Assembly: GCA_964016885.1 (NCBI GenBank)
Contig: OZ024741.1
Location: forward strand, 336,350,001 to 336,414,000
Direction: 5' to 3'
DNA length: 64,000 nucleotides
DNA from: Eledone cirrhosa
Lineage: Eukaryota
Shown piece by piece: positions 37,101-49,100 of this stretch. The notes under the pieces were generated by a model. The model was not told the DNA's origin. It was given only the letters and a program-made list of their open reading frames with translations, and did no database searches. The position numbers and the translations under genes are program-made. Position 1 is the first letter of the stretch. The number at the start of each line of letters is the position of its first letter.

Positions 37101-40100
37101 GTAGTCTGTAGGAAGGTAGTCTGTAGGAAGGTAGTCTGTAGGAAGGTAGTCTGTAGGAAGGTACTCTGTAGGAAGGTAGTCTGTAGGAAGGTAGTCTGTA
37201 GGAAGGTAGTCTGTAGGAAGGTAGTCTGTAGGAAGGTACTCTGTAGGAAGGTACTCTGTAGGAAGGTAGTCTGTAGGAAGGTAGTCTGTAGGAAGGTTGT
37301 CTGTAGGAAGGTAGTCTGTAGGAAGGTACTCTGTAGGAAGGTAGTCTGTAGGAAGGTTGTCTGTAGGAAGGTAGTCTGTAGGAAGGTAGTCTGTAGGAAG
37401 GTACTCTGTAGGAAGGTAGTCTGTAGGAAGGTACTCTGTAGAAAGGTAGTCTGTAGGAAGGTAGTCTGTAGGAAGGTAGTCTGTAGGAAGGTTGTCTGTA
37501 GGAAGGTAGTCTGTAGGAAGGTACTCTGTAGGAAGGTAGTCTGTAGGAAGGTAGTCTGTACGGAAGGTACTCTGTAGGAAGGTAGTCTGTAGGAAGGTAC
37601 TCTGTAGGAAGGTAGTCTGTAGGAAGGTAGTCTGTAGGAAGGTAGTCTGTAGGAAGGTACTCTGTAGGAAGGTAGTCTGTAGGAAGGTAGTCTGTAGGAA
37701 GGTAGTCTGTAGGAAGGTACTCTGTAGGAAGGTAGTCTGTAGGAAGGTAGTCTGTACGAAGGTACTCTGTAGGAAGGTAGTCTGTAGGAAGGTACTCTGT
37801 AGGAAGGTAGTCTGTAGGAAGGTTGTCTGTAGGAAGGTAGTCTGTAGGAAGGTACTCTGTAGGAAGGTAGTCTGTAGGAAGGTTGTCTGTAGGAAGGTAG
37901 TCTGTAGGAAGGTACTCTGTAGGAAGGTAGTCTGTAGGAAGGTACTCTGTAGGAAGGTAGTCTGTAGGAAGGTAGTCTGAAGGAAGGTACTCTGTAGGAA
38001 GGTAGTCTGTAGGAAGGTACTCTGTAGGAAGGTAGTCTGTAGGAAGGTACTCTGTAGGAAGGTAGTCTGTAGGAAGGTACTCTGTAGGAAGGTAGTCTGT
38101 AGGAAGGTAGTCTGTAGGAAGGTAGTCTGTAGGAAGGTACTCTGTAGGAAGGTTGTCTGTAGGAAGGCTAGTCTGTAGGAAGGTAGTCTGTAGGAAGGTA
38201 GTCTGTAGGAAGGTAGTCTGTAGGAAGGTACTCTGTAGGAAGGTAGTCTGTAGGAAGGTACTCTGTAGGAAGGTAGTCTGTAGGAAGGTAGTCTGTAGGA
38301 AGGTACTCTGTAGGAAGGTTGTCTGTAGGAAGGTAGTCTGTAGGAAGGTACTCTGTAGGAAGGTAGTCTGTAGGAAGGTACTCTGTAGGAAGGTAGTCTG
38401 TAGGAAGGTAGTCTGAAGGAAGGTACTCTGTAGGAAGGTAGTCTGTAGGAAGGTAGTCTGTAGGAAGGTACTCTGTAGGAAGGTACTCTGTAGGAAGGTA
38501 GTCTGTAGGAAGGTAGTCTGTAGGAAGGTACTCTGTAGGAAGGTAGTCTGTAGGAAGGTAGTCTGTAGGAAGGTACTCTGTAGGAAGGTACTCTGTAGGA
38601 AGGTACTCTGTAGGAAGGTAGTCTGTAGGAAGGTAGTCTGTAGGAAGGTAGTCTGTAGGAAGGTAGTCTGAAGGAAGGTACTCTGTAGGAAGGTAGTCTG
38701 TAGGAAGGTAGTCTGTAGGAAGGTACTCTGTAGGAAGGTAGTCTGTAGGAAGGTAGTCTGTAGGAAGGTAGTCTGTAGGAAGGTAGTCTGTAGGAAGGTA
38801 GTCTGTAGGAAGGTAGTCTGTAGGAAGGTAGTCTGTAGGAAGGTAGTCTGTAGGAAGGTAGTCTGTAGGAAGGTACTCTGTAGGAAGGTACTCTGTAGGA
38901 AGGTACTCTGTAGGAAGGTAGTCTGTAGGAAGGTAGTCTGTAGGAAGGTAGTCTGTAGGAAGGTAGTCTGTAGGAAGGTACTCTGTAGGAAGGTAGTCTG
39001 TAGGAAGGTAGTCTGTAGGAAGGTACTCTGTAGGAAGGTAGTCTGTAGGAAGGTAGTCTGTAGGAAGGTAGTCTGTAGGAAGGTAGTCTGTAGGAAGGTA
39101 GTCTGTAGGGAAGGTAGTCTGTAGGAAGGTAGTCTGTAGGAAGGTAGTCTGTAGGAAGGTACTCTGTAGGAAGGTAGTCTGTAGGAAGGTAGTCTGTAGG
39201 AAGGTAGTCTGTAGGAAGGTACTCTGTAGGAAGGTAGTCTGTAGGAAGGTAGTCTGTAGGAAGGTACTCTGTAGGAAGGTAGTCTGTAGGAAGGTAGTCT
39301 GTAGGAAGGTACTCTGTAGGAAGGTACTCTGTAGGAAGGTACTCTGTAGGAAGGTAGTCTGTAGGAAGGTAGTCTGTAGGAAGGTAGTCTGTAGGAAGGT
39401 ACTCTGTAGGAAGGTAGTCTGTAGGAAGGTACTCTGTAGGAAGGTACTCTGTAGGAAGGTACTCTGTAGGAAGGTAGTCTGTAGGAAGGTAGTCTGTAGG
39501 AAGGTACTCTGTAGGAAGGTAGTCTGTAGGAAGGTACTCTGTAGGAAGGTACTCTGTAGGAAGGTACTCTGTAGGAAGGTAGTCTGTAGGAAGGTAGTCT
39601 GTAGGAAGGTAGTCTGTAGGAAGGTAGTCTGTAGGAAGGTAGTCTGTAGGAAGGTAGTCTGTAGGAAGGTACTCTGTAGGAAGGTAGTCTGTAGGAAGGT
39701 AGTCTGTAGGAAGGTACTCTGTAGGAAGGTAGTCTGTAGGAAGGTAGTCTGTAGGAAGGTACTCTGTAGGAAGGTAGTCTGTAGGAAGGTAGTCTGTAGG
39801 AAGGTACTCTGTAGGAAGGTAGTCTGTAGGAAGGTACTCTGTAGGAAGGTAGTCTGTAGGAAGGTAGTCTGTAGGAAGGTACTCTGTAGGAAGGTAGTCT
39901 GTAGGAAGGTAGTCTGTAGGAAGGTACTCTGTAGGAAGGTACTCTGTAGGAAGGTAGTCTGTAGGAAGGTACTCTGTAGGTAGGTAGTCTGTAGGAAGGT
40001 AGTCTGTAGGAAGGTAGTCTGTAGGAAGGTACTCTGTAGGTAGGTAGTCTGTAGGAAGGTAGTCTGTAGGAAGGTACTCTGTAGGAAGGTACTCTGTAGG

Positions 40101-43100
40101 TAGGTAGTCTGCAAGAAGGTAGTCTGTAGGAAGGTAGTCTGTAGGAAGGTAGTCTGTAGGAAGGTAGTCTGTAGGAAGGTAGTCTGTAGGAAGGTACTCT
40201 GTNNNNNNNNNNNNNNNNNNNNNNNNNNNNNNNNNNNNNNNNNNNNNNNNNNNNNNNNNNNNNNNNNNNNNNNNNNNNNNNNNNNNNNNNNNNNNNNNNN
40301 NNNNNNNNNNNNNNNNNNNNNNNNNNNNNNNNNNNNNNNNNNNNNNNNNNNNNNNNNNNNNNNNNNNNNNNNNNNNNNNNNNNNNNNNNNNNNNNNNNNN
40401 NNGGTAGTCTGAAGGAAGGTACTCTGTAGGAAGGTAGTCTGTAGGAAGGTAGTCTGTAGGAAGGTAGTCTGAAGGAAGGTACTCTGTAGGAAGGTACTCT
40501 GTAGGAAGGTAGTCTGAAGGAAGGTACTCTGTAGGAAGGTACTCTGTAGGAAGGTAGTCTGAAGGAAGGTACTCTGTAGGAAGGTAGTCTGTAGGAAGGT
40601 AGTCTGAAGGAAGGTACTCTGTAGGAAGGTAGTCTGTAGGAAGGTACTCTGTAGGAAGGTAGTCTGTAGGAAGGTACTCTGTAGGAAGGTAGTCTGTAGG
40701 AAGGTAGTCTGTAGGAAGGTAGTCTGTAGGAAGGTACTCTGTAGGAAGGTAGTCTGTAGGAAGGTAGTCTGTAGGAAGGTACTCTGTAGGAAGGTAGTCT
40801 GTAGGAAGGTAGTCTGTAGGAAGGTACTCTGTAGGAAGGTACTCTGTAGGAAGGTAGTCTGTAGGAAGGTAGTCTGTAGGAAGGTACTCTGTAGGAAGGT
40901 ACTCTGTAGGAAGGTAGTCTGTAGGAAGGTACTCTGTATGTAGGTAGTCTGTAGGAAGGTAGTCTGTAGGAAGGTAGTCTGTAGGAAGGTACTCTGTAGG
41001 TAGGTAGTCTGTAGGAAGGTAGTCTGTAGGAAGGTACTCTGTAGGTAGGTAGTCTGTAGGAAGGTAGTCTGTAGGAAGGTAGTCTGTAGGAAGGTACTCT
41101 GTAGGTAGGTAGTCTGTAGGAAGGTAGTCTGTAGGAAGGTACTCTGTAGGAAGGTAGTCTGTAGGAAGGTAGTCTGTAGGAAGGTAGTCTGTAGGAAGGT
41201 ACTCTGTAGGAAGGTAGTCTGTAGGAAGGTACTCTGTAGGAAGGTACTCTGTAGGTAGGTAGTCTGCAGGAAGGTAGTCTGTAGGAAGGTAGTCTGTAGG
41301 AAGGTACTCTGTAGGAAGGTAGTCTGTAGGAAGGTAGTCTGTAGGAAAGTACTCTGTAGGAAGGTTGTCTGTAGGAAGCTAGTCTGTAGGAAGGTAGTCT
41401 GTAGGAAGGTAGTCTGTAGGAAGGTAGTCTGTAGGAAGGTAGTCTGAAGGAAGGTACTCTGTAGGAAGGTAGTCTGTAGGAAAGTACTCTGTAGGAAGGT
41501 TGTCTGTAGGAAGGTAGTCTGTAGGAAGGTAGTCTGTAGGAAGGTAGTCTGTAGGAAGGTAGTCTGTAGGAAGGTTGTCTTTAGGAAGGTTGTCTGTAGG
41601 AAGGTACTCTGTAGGAAGGTAGTCTGTAGGAAGGTACTCTGTAGAAAGGTAGTCTGTAGGAAGGTAGTCTGTAGGAAGGTAGTCTGTAGGAAGGTAGTCT
41701 GTAGGAAGGTAGTCTGTAGGAAGGTACTCTGTAGGAAGGTACTCTGTAGGAAGGTAGTCTGTAGGAAGGTAGTCTGTAGGAAGGTAGTCTGTAGGAAGGT
41801 AGTCTGTAGGAAGGTAGTCTGTAGGAAGGTAGTCTGTAGGAAGGTACTCTGTAGGAAGGTAGTCTGTAGGAAGGTAGTCTGTAGGAAGGTAGTCTGTAGG
41901 AAGGTAGTCTGTAGGAAGGTAGTCTGTAGGAAGGTAGTCTGAAGGAAGGTACTCTGTAGGAAGGTAGTCTGTAGGAAGGTAGTCTGTAGGAAGGTAGTCT
42001 GTAGGAAGGTAGTCTGTAGGAAGGTACTCTGTAGGAAGGTACTCTGTAGGAAGGTAGTCTGTAGGAAGGTAGTCTGTAGGAAGGTTGTCTGTAGGAAGGT
42101 AGTCTGTAGGAAGGTACTCTGTAGGAAGGTAGTCTGTAGGAAGGTTGTCTTTAGGAAGGTAGTCTGTAGGAAGGTAGTCTGTAGGATGGTACTCTGTAGG
42201 TAGGTAGTCTGTAGGAAGGTACTCTGTAGAAAGGTAGTCTGTAGGAAGGTAGTCTGTAGGAAGGTAGTCTGTAGGAAGGTTGTCTGTAGGAAGGTAGTCT
42301 GTAGGAAGGTACTCTGTAGGAAGGTAGTCTGTAGGAAGGTAGTCTGTACGAAGGTACTCTGTAGGAAGGTAGTCTGTAGGAAGGTACTCTGTAGGAAGGT
42401 AGTCTGTAGGAAGGTTGTCTGTAGGAAGGTAGTCTGTAGGAAGGTACTCTGTAGGAAGGTAGTCTGTAGGAAGGTAGTCTGTAGGAAGGTAGTCTGTAGG
42501 AAGGTACTCTGTAGGAAGGTAGTCTGTAGGAAGGTAGTCTGTACGAAGGTACTCTGTAGGAAGGTAGTCTGTAGGAAGGTACTCTGTAGGAAGGTAGTCT
42601 GTAGGAAGGTTGTCTGTAGGAAGGTAGTCTGTAGGAAGGTACTCTGTAGGAAGGTAGTCTGTAGGAAGGTTGTCTTTAGGAAGGTAGTCTGTAGGAAGGT
42701 ACTCTGTAGGAAGGTAGTCTGTAGGAAGGTACTCTGTAGGAAGGTAGTCTGTAGGAAGGTAGTCTGAAGGAAGGTACTCTGTAGGAAGGTAGTCTGTAGG
42801 AAGGTACTCTGTAGGAAGGTAGTCTGAAGGAAGGTACTCTGTAGGAAGGTAGTCTGTAGGAAGGTACTCTGTAGGAAGGTAGTCTGTAGGAAGGTAGTCT
42901 GTAGGAAGGTAGTCTGTAGGAAAGTACTCTGTAGGAAGGTTGTCTGTAGGAAGCTAGTCTGTAGGAAGGTAGTCTGTAGGAAGGTAGTCTGTAGGAAGGT
43001 AGTCTGAAGGAAGGTACTCTGTAGGAAGGTAGTCTGTAGGAAAGTACTCTGTAGGAAGGTTGTCTGTAGGAAGGTAGTCTGTAGGAAGGTACTCTGTAGG

Positions 43101-46100
43101 AAGGTTGTCTTTAGGAAGGTAGTCTGTAGGAAGGTACTCTGTAGGAAGGTAGTCTGTAGGAAGGTACTCTGTAGGAAGGTAGTCTGTAGGAAGGTAGTCT
43201 GAAGGAAGGTACTCTGTAGGAAGGTAGTCTGTAGGAAGGTAGTCTGTAGGAAGGTACTCTGTAGGAAGGTACTCTGTAGGAAGGTAGTCTGTAGGAAGGT
43301 AGTCTGTAGGAAGGTACTCTGTAGGAAGGTAGTCTGTAGGAAGGTAGTCTGTAGGAAGGTACTCTGTAGGAAGGTACTCTGTAGGAAGGTACTCTGTAGG
43401 AAGGTAGTCTGTAGGAAGGTAGTCTGTAGGAAGGTAGTCTGTAGGAAGGTAGTCTGAAGGAAGGTACTCTGTAGGAAGGTAGTCTGTAGGAAGGTAGTCT
43501 GTAGGAAGGTACTCTGTAGGAAGGTAGTCTGTAGGAAGGTAGTCTGTAGGAAGGTAGTCTGTAGGAAGGTAGTCTGTAGGAAGGTAGTCTGTAGGAAGGT
43601 AGTCTGTAGGAAGGTAGTCTGTAGGAAGGTTGTCTGTAGGAAGGTAGTCTGTAGGAAGGTACTCTGTAGGAAGGTACTCTGTAGGAAGGTACTCTGTAGG
43701 AAGGTAGTCTGTAGGAAGGTAGTCTGTAGGAAGGTAGTCTGTAGGAAGGTAGTCTGTAGGAAGGTACTCTGTAGGAAGGTAGTCTGTAGGAAGGTAGTCT
43801 GTAGGAAGGTACTCTGTAGGAAGGTAGTCTGTAGGAAGGTAGTCTGTAGGAAGGTAGTCTGTAGGAAGGTAGTCTGTAGGAAGGTAGTCTGTAGGGAGGT
43901 AGTCTATAGGAAGGTAGTCTGTAGGAAGGTAGTCTGTAGGAAGGTACTCTGTAGGAAGGTAGTCTGTAGGAAGGTAGTCTGTAGGAAGGTAGTCTGTAGG
44001 AAGGTACTCTGTAGGAAGGTAGTCTGTAGGAAGGTAGTCTGTAGGAAGGTACTCTGTAGGAAGGTAGTCTGTAGGAAGGTAGTCTGTAGGAAGGTACTCT
44101 GTAGGAAGGTACTCTGTAGGAAGGTACTCTGTAGGAAGGTAGTCTGTAGGAAGGTAGTCTGTAGGAAGGTAGTCTGTAGGAAGGTACTCTGTAGGAAGGT
44201 AGTCTGTAGGAAGGTACTCTGTAGGAAGGTACTCTGTAAGAAGGTACTCTGTAGGAAGGTAGTCTGTAGGAAGGTAGTCTGTAGGAAGGTACTCTGTAGG
44301 AAGGTAGTCTGTAGGAAGGTACTCTGTAGGAAGGTACTCTGTAAGAAGGTACTCTGTAGGAAGGTAGTCTGTAGGAAGGTAGTCTGTAGGAAGGTAGTCT
44401 GTAGGAAGGTAGACTGTAGGAAGGTAGTCTGTAGGAAGGTAGTCTGTAGGAAGGTACTCTGTAGGAAGGTAGTCTGTAGGAAAGTAGTCTGTAGGAAGGA
44501 ACTCTGTATGAAGGTAGTCTGTAGGAAGGTAGTCTGTAGGAAGGTACTCTGTAGGAAGGTAGTCTGTAGGAAGGTAGTCTGTAGGAAGGTACTCTGTATG
44601 AAGGTAGTCTGTAGGAAGGTACTCTGTATGAAGGTAGTCTGTAGGAAGGTAGTCTGTAGGAAGGTACTCTGTAGGAAGGTAGTCTGTAGGAAGGTAGTCT
44701 GTAGGAAGGTACTCTGTAGGAAGGTACTCTGTAGGAAGGTAGTCTGTAGGAAGGTACTCTGTAGGTAGGTAGTCTGTAGGAAGGTAGTCTGTAGGAAGGT
44801 AGTCTGTAGGAAGGTACTCTGTAGGTAGGTAGTCTGTAGGAAGGTAGTCTGTAGGAAGGTACTCTGTAGGAAGGTACTCTGTAGGTAGGTAGTCTGCAAG
44901 AAGGTAGTCTGTAGGAAGGTAGTCTGTAGGAAGGTAGTCTGTAGGAAGGTAGTCTGTAGGAAGGTAGTCTGTAGGAAGGTACTCTGTAGGAAGGTAGTCT
45001 GTAGGAAGGTACTCTGTAGGAAGGTAGTCTGTAGGAAGGTACTCTGTAGGAAGGTAGTCTGTAGGAAGGTAGTCTGAAGAAAGGTACTCTGTAGGAAGGT
45101 AGTCTGTAGGAAGGTACTCTGTAGGAAGGTAGTCTGTAGGAAGGTAGTCTGAAGAAAGGTACTCTGTAGGAAGGTAGTCTGTAGGAAAGTACTCTGTAGG
45201 AAGGTTGTCTGTAGGAAGGTAGTCTGTAGGAAAGTAGTCTGTAGGAAGGTAGTCTGTAGGAAGGTTGTCTTTAGGAAGGTAGTCTGTAGGAAGGTACTCT
45301 GTAGGAAGGTAGTCTGTAGGAAGGTACTCTGTAGAAAGGTAGTCTGTAGGAAGGTAGTCTGTAGGAAGGTAGTCTGTAGGAAGGTAGTCTGTAGGAAGGT
45401 ACTCTGTAGGAAGGTAGTCTGTAGGAAGGTTGTCTTTAGGAAGGTAGTCTGTAGGAAGGTACTCTGTAGGAAGGTAGTCTGTAGGAAGGTACTCTGTAGG
45501 AAGGTAGTCTGTAGGAAGGTAGTCTGAAGGAAGGTACTCTTTAGGAAGGTAGTCTGTAGGAAGGTACTCTGTAGGAAGGTAGTCTGAAGGAAGGTACTCT
45601 GTAGGAAGGTAGTCTGTAGGAAGGTACTCTGTAGGAAGGTAGTCTGAAGGAAGGTACTCTGTAGGAAGGTAGTCTGTAGGAAGGTAGTCTGTAGGAAGGT
45701 AGTCTGAAGGAAGGTACTCTGTAGGAAGGTACTCTGTAGGAAGGTAGTCTGAAGGAAGGTACTCTGTAGGAAGGTACTCTGTAGGAAGGTAGTCTGAAGG
45801 AAGGTACTCTGTAGGAAGGTAGTCTGTAGGAAGGTAGTCTGAAGGAAGGTACTCTGTAGGAAGGTAGTCTGTAGGAAGGTACTCTGTAGGAAGGTAGTCT
45901 GTAGGAAGGTACTCTGTAGGAAGGTAGTCTGTAGGAAGGTAGTCTGTAGGAAGGTAGTCTGTAGGAAGGTACTCTGTAGGAAGGTAGTCTGTAGGAAGGT
46001 AGTCTGTAGGAAGGTACTCTGTAGGAAGGTAGTCTGTAGGAAGGTAGTCTGTAGGAAGGTACTCTGTAGGAAGGTACTCTGTAGGAAGGTAGTCTGTAGG

Positions 46101-49100
46101 AAGGTAGTCTGTAGGAAGGTACTCTGTAGGAAGGTACTCTGTAGGAAGGTAGTCTGTACGAAGGTACTCTGTATGTAGGTAGTCTGTAGGAAGGTAGTCT
46201 GTAGGAAGGTAGTCTGTAGGAAGGTACTCTGTAGGTAGGTAGTCTGTAGGAAGGTAGTCTGTAGGAAGGTACTCTGTAGGTAGGTAGTCTGTAGGAAGGT
46301 AGTCTGTAGGAAGGTAGTCTGTAGGAAGGTACTCTGTAGGTAGGTAGTCTGTAGGAAGGTAGTCTGTAGGAAGGTACTCTGTAGGAAGGTAGTCTGTAGG
46401 AAGGTAGTCTGTAGGAAGGTAGTCTGTAGGAAGGTACTCTGTAGGAAGGTAGTCTGTAGGAAGGTACTCTGTAGGAAGGTACTCTGTAGGTAGGTAGTCT
46501 GCAGGAAGGTAGTCTGTAGGAAGGTAGTCTGTAGGAAGGTACTCTGTAGGAAGGTTGTCTGTAGGAAGCTAGTCTGTAGGAAGGTAGTCTGTAGGAAGGT
46601 AGTCTGTAGGAAGGTAGTCTGTAGGAAGGTAGTCTGAAGGAAGGTACTCTGTAGGAAGGTAGTCTGTAGGAAAGTACTCTGTAGGAAGGTTGTCTGTAGG
46701 AAGGTAGTCTGTAGGAAGGTAGTCTGTAGGAAGGTAGTCTGTAGGAAGGTAGTCTGTAGGAAGGTAGTCTTTAGGAAGGTTGTCTGTAGGAAGGTACTCT
46801 GTAGGAAGGTAGTCTGTAGGAAGGTACTCTGTAGAAAGGTAGTCTGTAGGAAGGTAGTCTGTAGGAAGGTAGTCTGTAGGAAGGTAGTCTGTAGGAAGGT
46901 AGTCTGTAGGAAGGTACTCTGTAGGAAGGTAGTCTGTAGGAAGGTTGTCTGTAGGAAGGTAGTCTGTAGGAAGGTACTCTGTAGGAAGGTAGTCTGTAGG
47001 AAGGTTGTCTTTAGGAAGGTAGTCTGTAGGAAGGTAGTCTGTAGGATGGTACTCTGTAGGTAGGTAGTCTGTAGGAAGGTACTCTGTAGAAAGGTAGTCT
47101 GTAGGAAGGTAGTCTGTAGGAAGGTAGTCTGTAGGAAGGTTGTCTGTAGGAAGGTACTCTGTAGGAAGGTAGTCTGTAGGAAGGTAGTCTGTAGGAAGGT
47201 AGTCTGTAGGAAGGTACTCTGTAGGAAGGTAGTCTGTAGGAAGGTAGTCTGTACGAAGGTACTCTGTAGGAAGGTAGTCTGTAGGAAGGTACTCTGTAGG
47301 AAGGTAGTCTGTAGGAAGGTTGTCTGTAGGAAGGTAGTCTGTAGGAAGGTACTCTGTAGGAAGGTAGTCTGTAGGAAGGTTGTCTTTAGGAAGGTAGTCT
47401 GTAGGAAGGTACTCTGTAGGAAGGTAGTCTGTAGGAAGGTACTCTGTAGGAAGGTAGTCTGTAGGAAGGTAGTCTGAAGGAAGGTACTCTGTAGGAAGGT
47501 AGTCTGTAGGAAGGTACTCTGTAGGAAGGTAGTCTGAAGGAAGGTACTCTGTAGGAAGGTAGTCTGTAGGAAGGTACTCTGTAGGAAGGTAGTCTGTAGG
47601 AAGGTAGTCTGAAGGAAGGTACTCTGTAGGAAGGTAGTCTGTAGGAAGGTAGTCTGTAGGAAGGTACTCTGTAGGAAGGTAGTCTGTAGGAACGTAGTCT
47701 GTAGGAAGGTAGTCTGTAGGAAAGTACTCTGTAGGAAGGTTGTCTGTAGGAAGCTAGTCTGTAGGAAGGTAGTCTGTAGGAAGGTAGTCTGTAGGAAGGT
47801 AGTCTGAAGGAAGGTACTCTGTAGGAAGGTAGTCTGTAGGAAAGTACTCTGTAGGAAGGTTGTCTGTAGGAAGGTAGTCTGTAGGAAGGTACTCTGTAGG
47901 AAGGTTGTCTTTAGGAAGGTAGTCTGTAGGAAGGTACTCTGTAGGAAGGTAGTCTGTAGGAAGGTACTCTGTAGGAAGGTAGTCTGTAGGAAGGTAGTCT
48001 GAAGGAAGGTACTCTGTAGGAAGGTAGTCTGTAGGAAGGTAGTCTGTAGGAAGGTACTCTGTAGGAAGGTAGTCTGTAGGAACGTAGTCTGTAGGAAGGT
48101 AGTCTGTAGGAAAGTACTCTGTAGGAAGGTTGTCTGTAGGAAGCTAGTCTGTAGGAAGGTAGTCTGTAGGAAGGTAGTCTGTAGGAAGGTAGTCTGTAGG
48201 AAGGTAGTCTGAAGGAAGGTACTCTGTAGGAAGGTAGTCTGTAGGAAAGTACTCTGTAGGAAGGTTGTCTGTAGCAAGGTAGTCTGTAGGAAGGTAGTCT
48301 GTAGGAAGGTAGTCTGTAGGAAGGTAGTCTGTAGGAAGGTTGTCTTTAGGAAGGTAGTCTGTAGGAAGGTACTCTGTAGGAAGGTAGTCTGTAGGAAGGT
48401 ACTCTGTAGAAAGGTAGTCTGTAGGAAGGTAGTCTGTAGGAAGGTAGTCTGTAGGAAGGTAGTCTGTAGGATGGTACTCTGTAGGTAGGTAGTCTGTAGG
48501 AAGGTAGTCTGTAGGAAGGTAGTCTGTAGGAAGGTACTCTGTAGGTAGGTAGTCTGTAGGAAGGTAGTCTGTAGGAAGGTACTCTGTAGGAAGGTACTCT
48601 GTAGGTAGGTAGTCTGCAAGAAGGTAGTCTGTAGGAAGGTAGTCTGTAGGAAGGTACTCTGTAGGAAGGTAGTCTGTAGGAAGGTAGTCTGTAGGAAGGT
48701 ACTCTGTAGGTAGGTAGTCTGTAGGAAGGTAGTCTGTAGGAAGGTAGTCTGTAGGAAGGTACTCTGTAGGTAGGTAGTCTGTAGGAAGGTAGTCTGTAGG
48801 AAGGTACTCTGTAGGAAGGTACTCTGTAGGTAGGTAGTCTGCAAGAAGGTAGTCTGTAGGAAGGTAGTCTGTAGGAAGGTAGTCTGTAGGAAGGTACTCT
48901 GTAGGAAGGTAGTCTGTAGGAAGGTAGTCTGTACGAAGGTACTCTGTAGGAAGGTAGTCTGTAGGAAGGTACTCTGTAGGAAGGTAGTCTGTAGGAAGGT
49001 TGTCTGTAGGAAGGTAGTCTGTAGGAAGGTACTCTGTAGGAAGGTAGTCTGTAGGAAGGTTGTCTTTAGGAAGGTAGTCTGTAGGAAGGTACTCTGTAGG

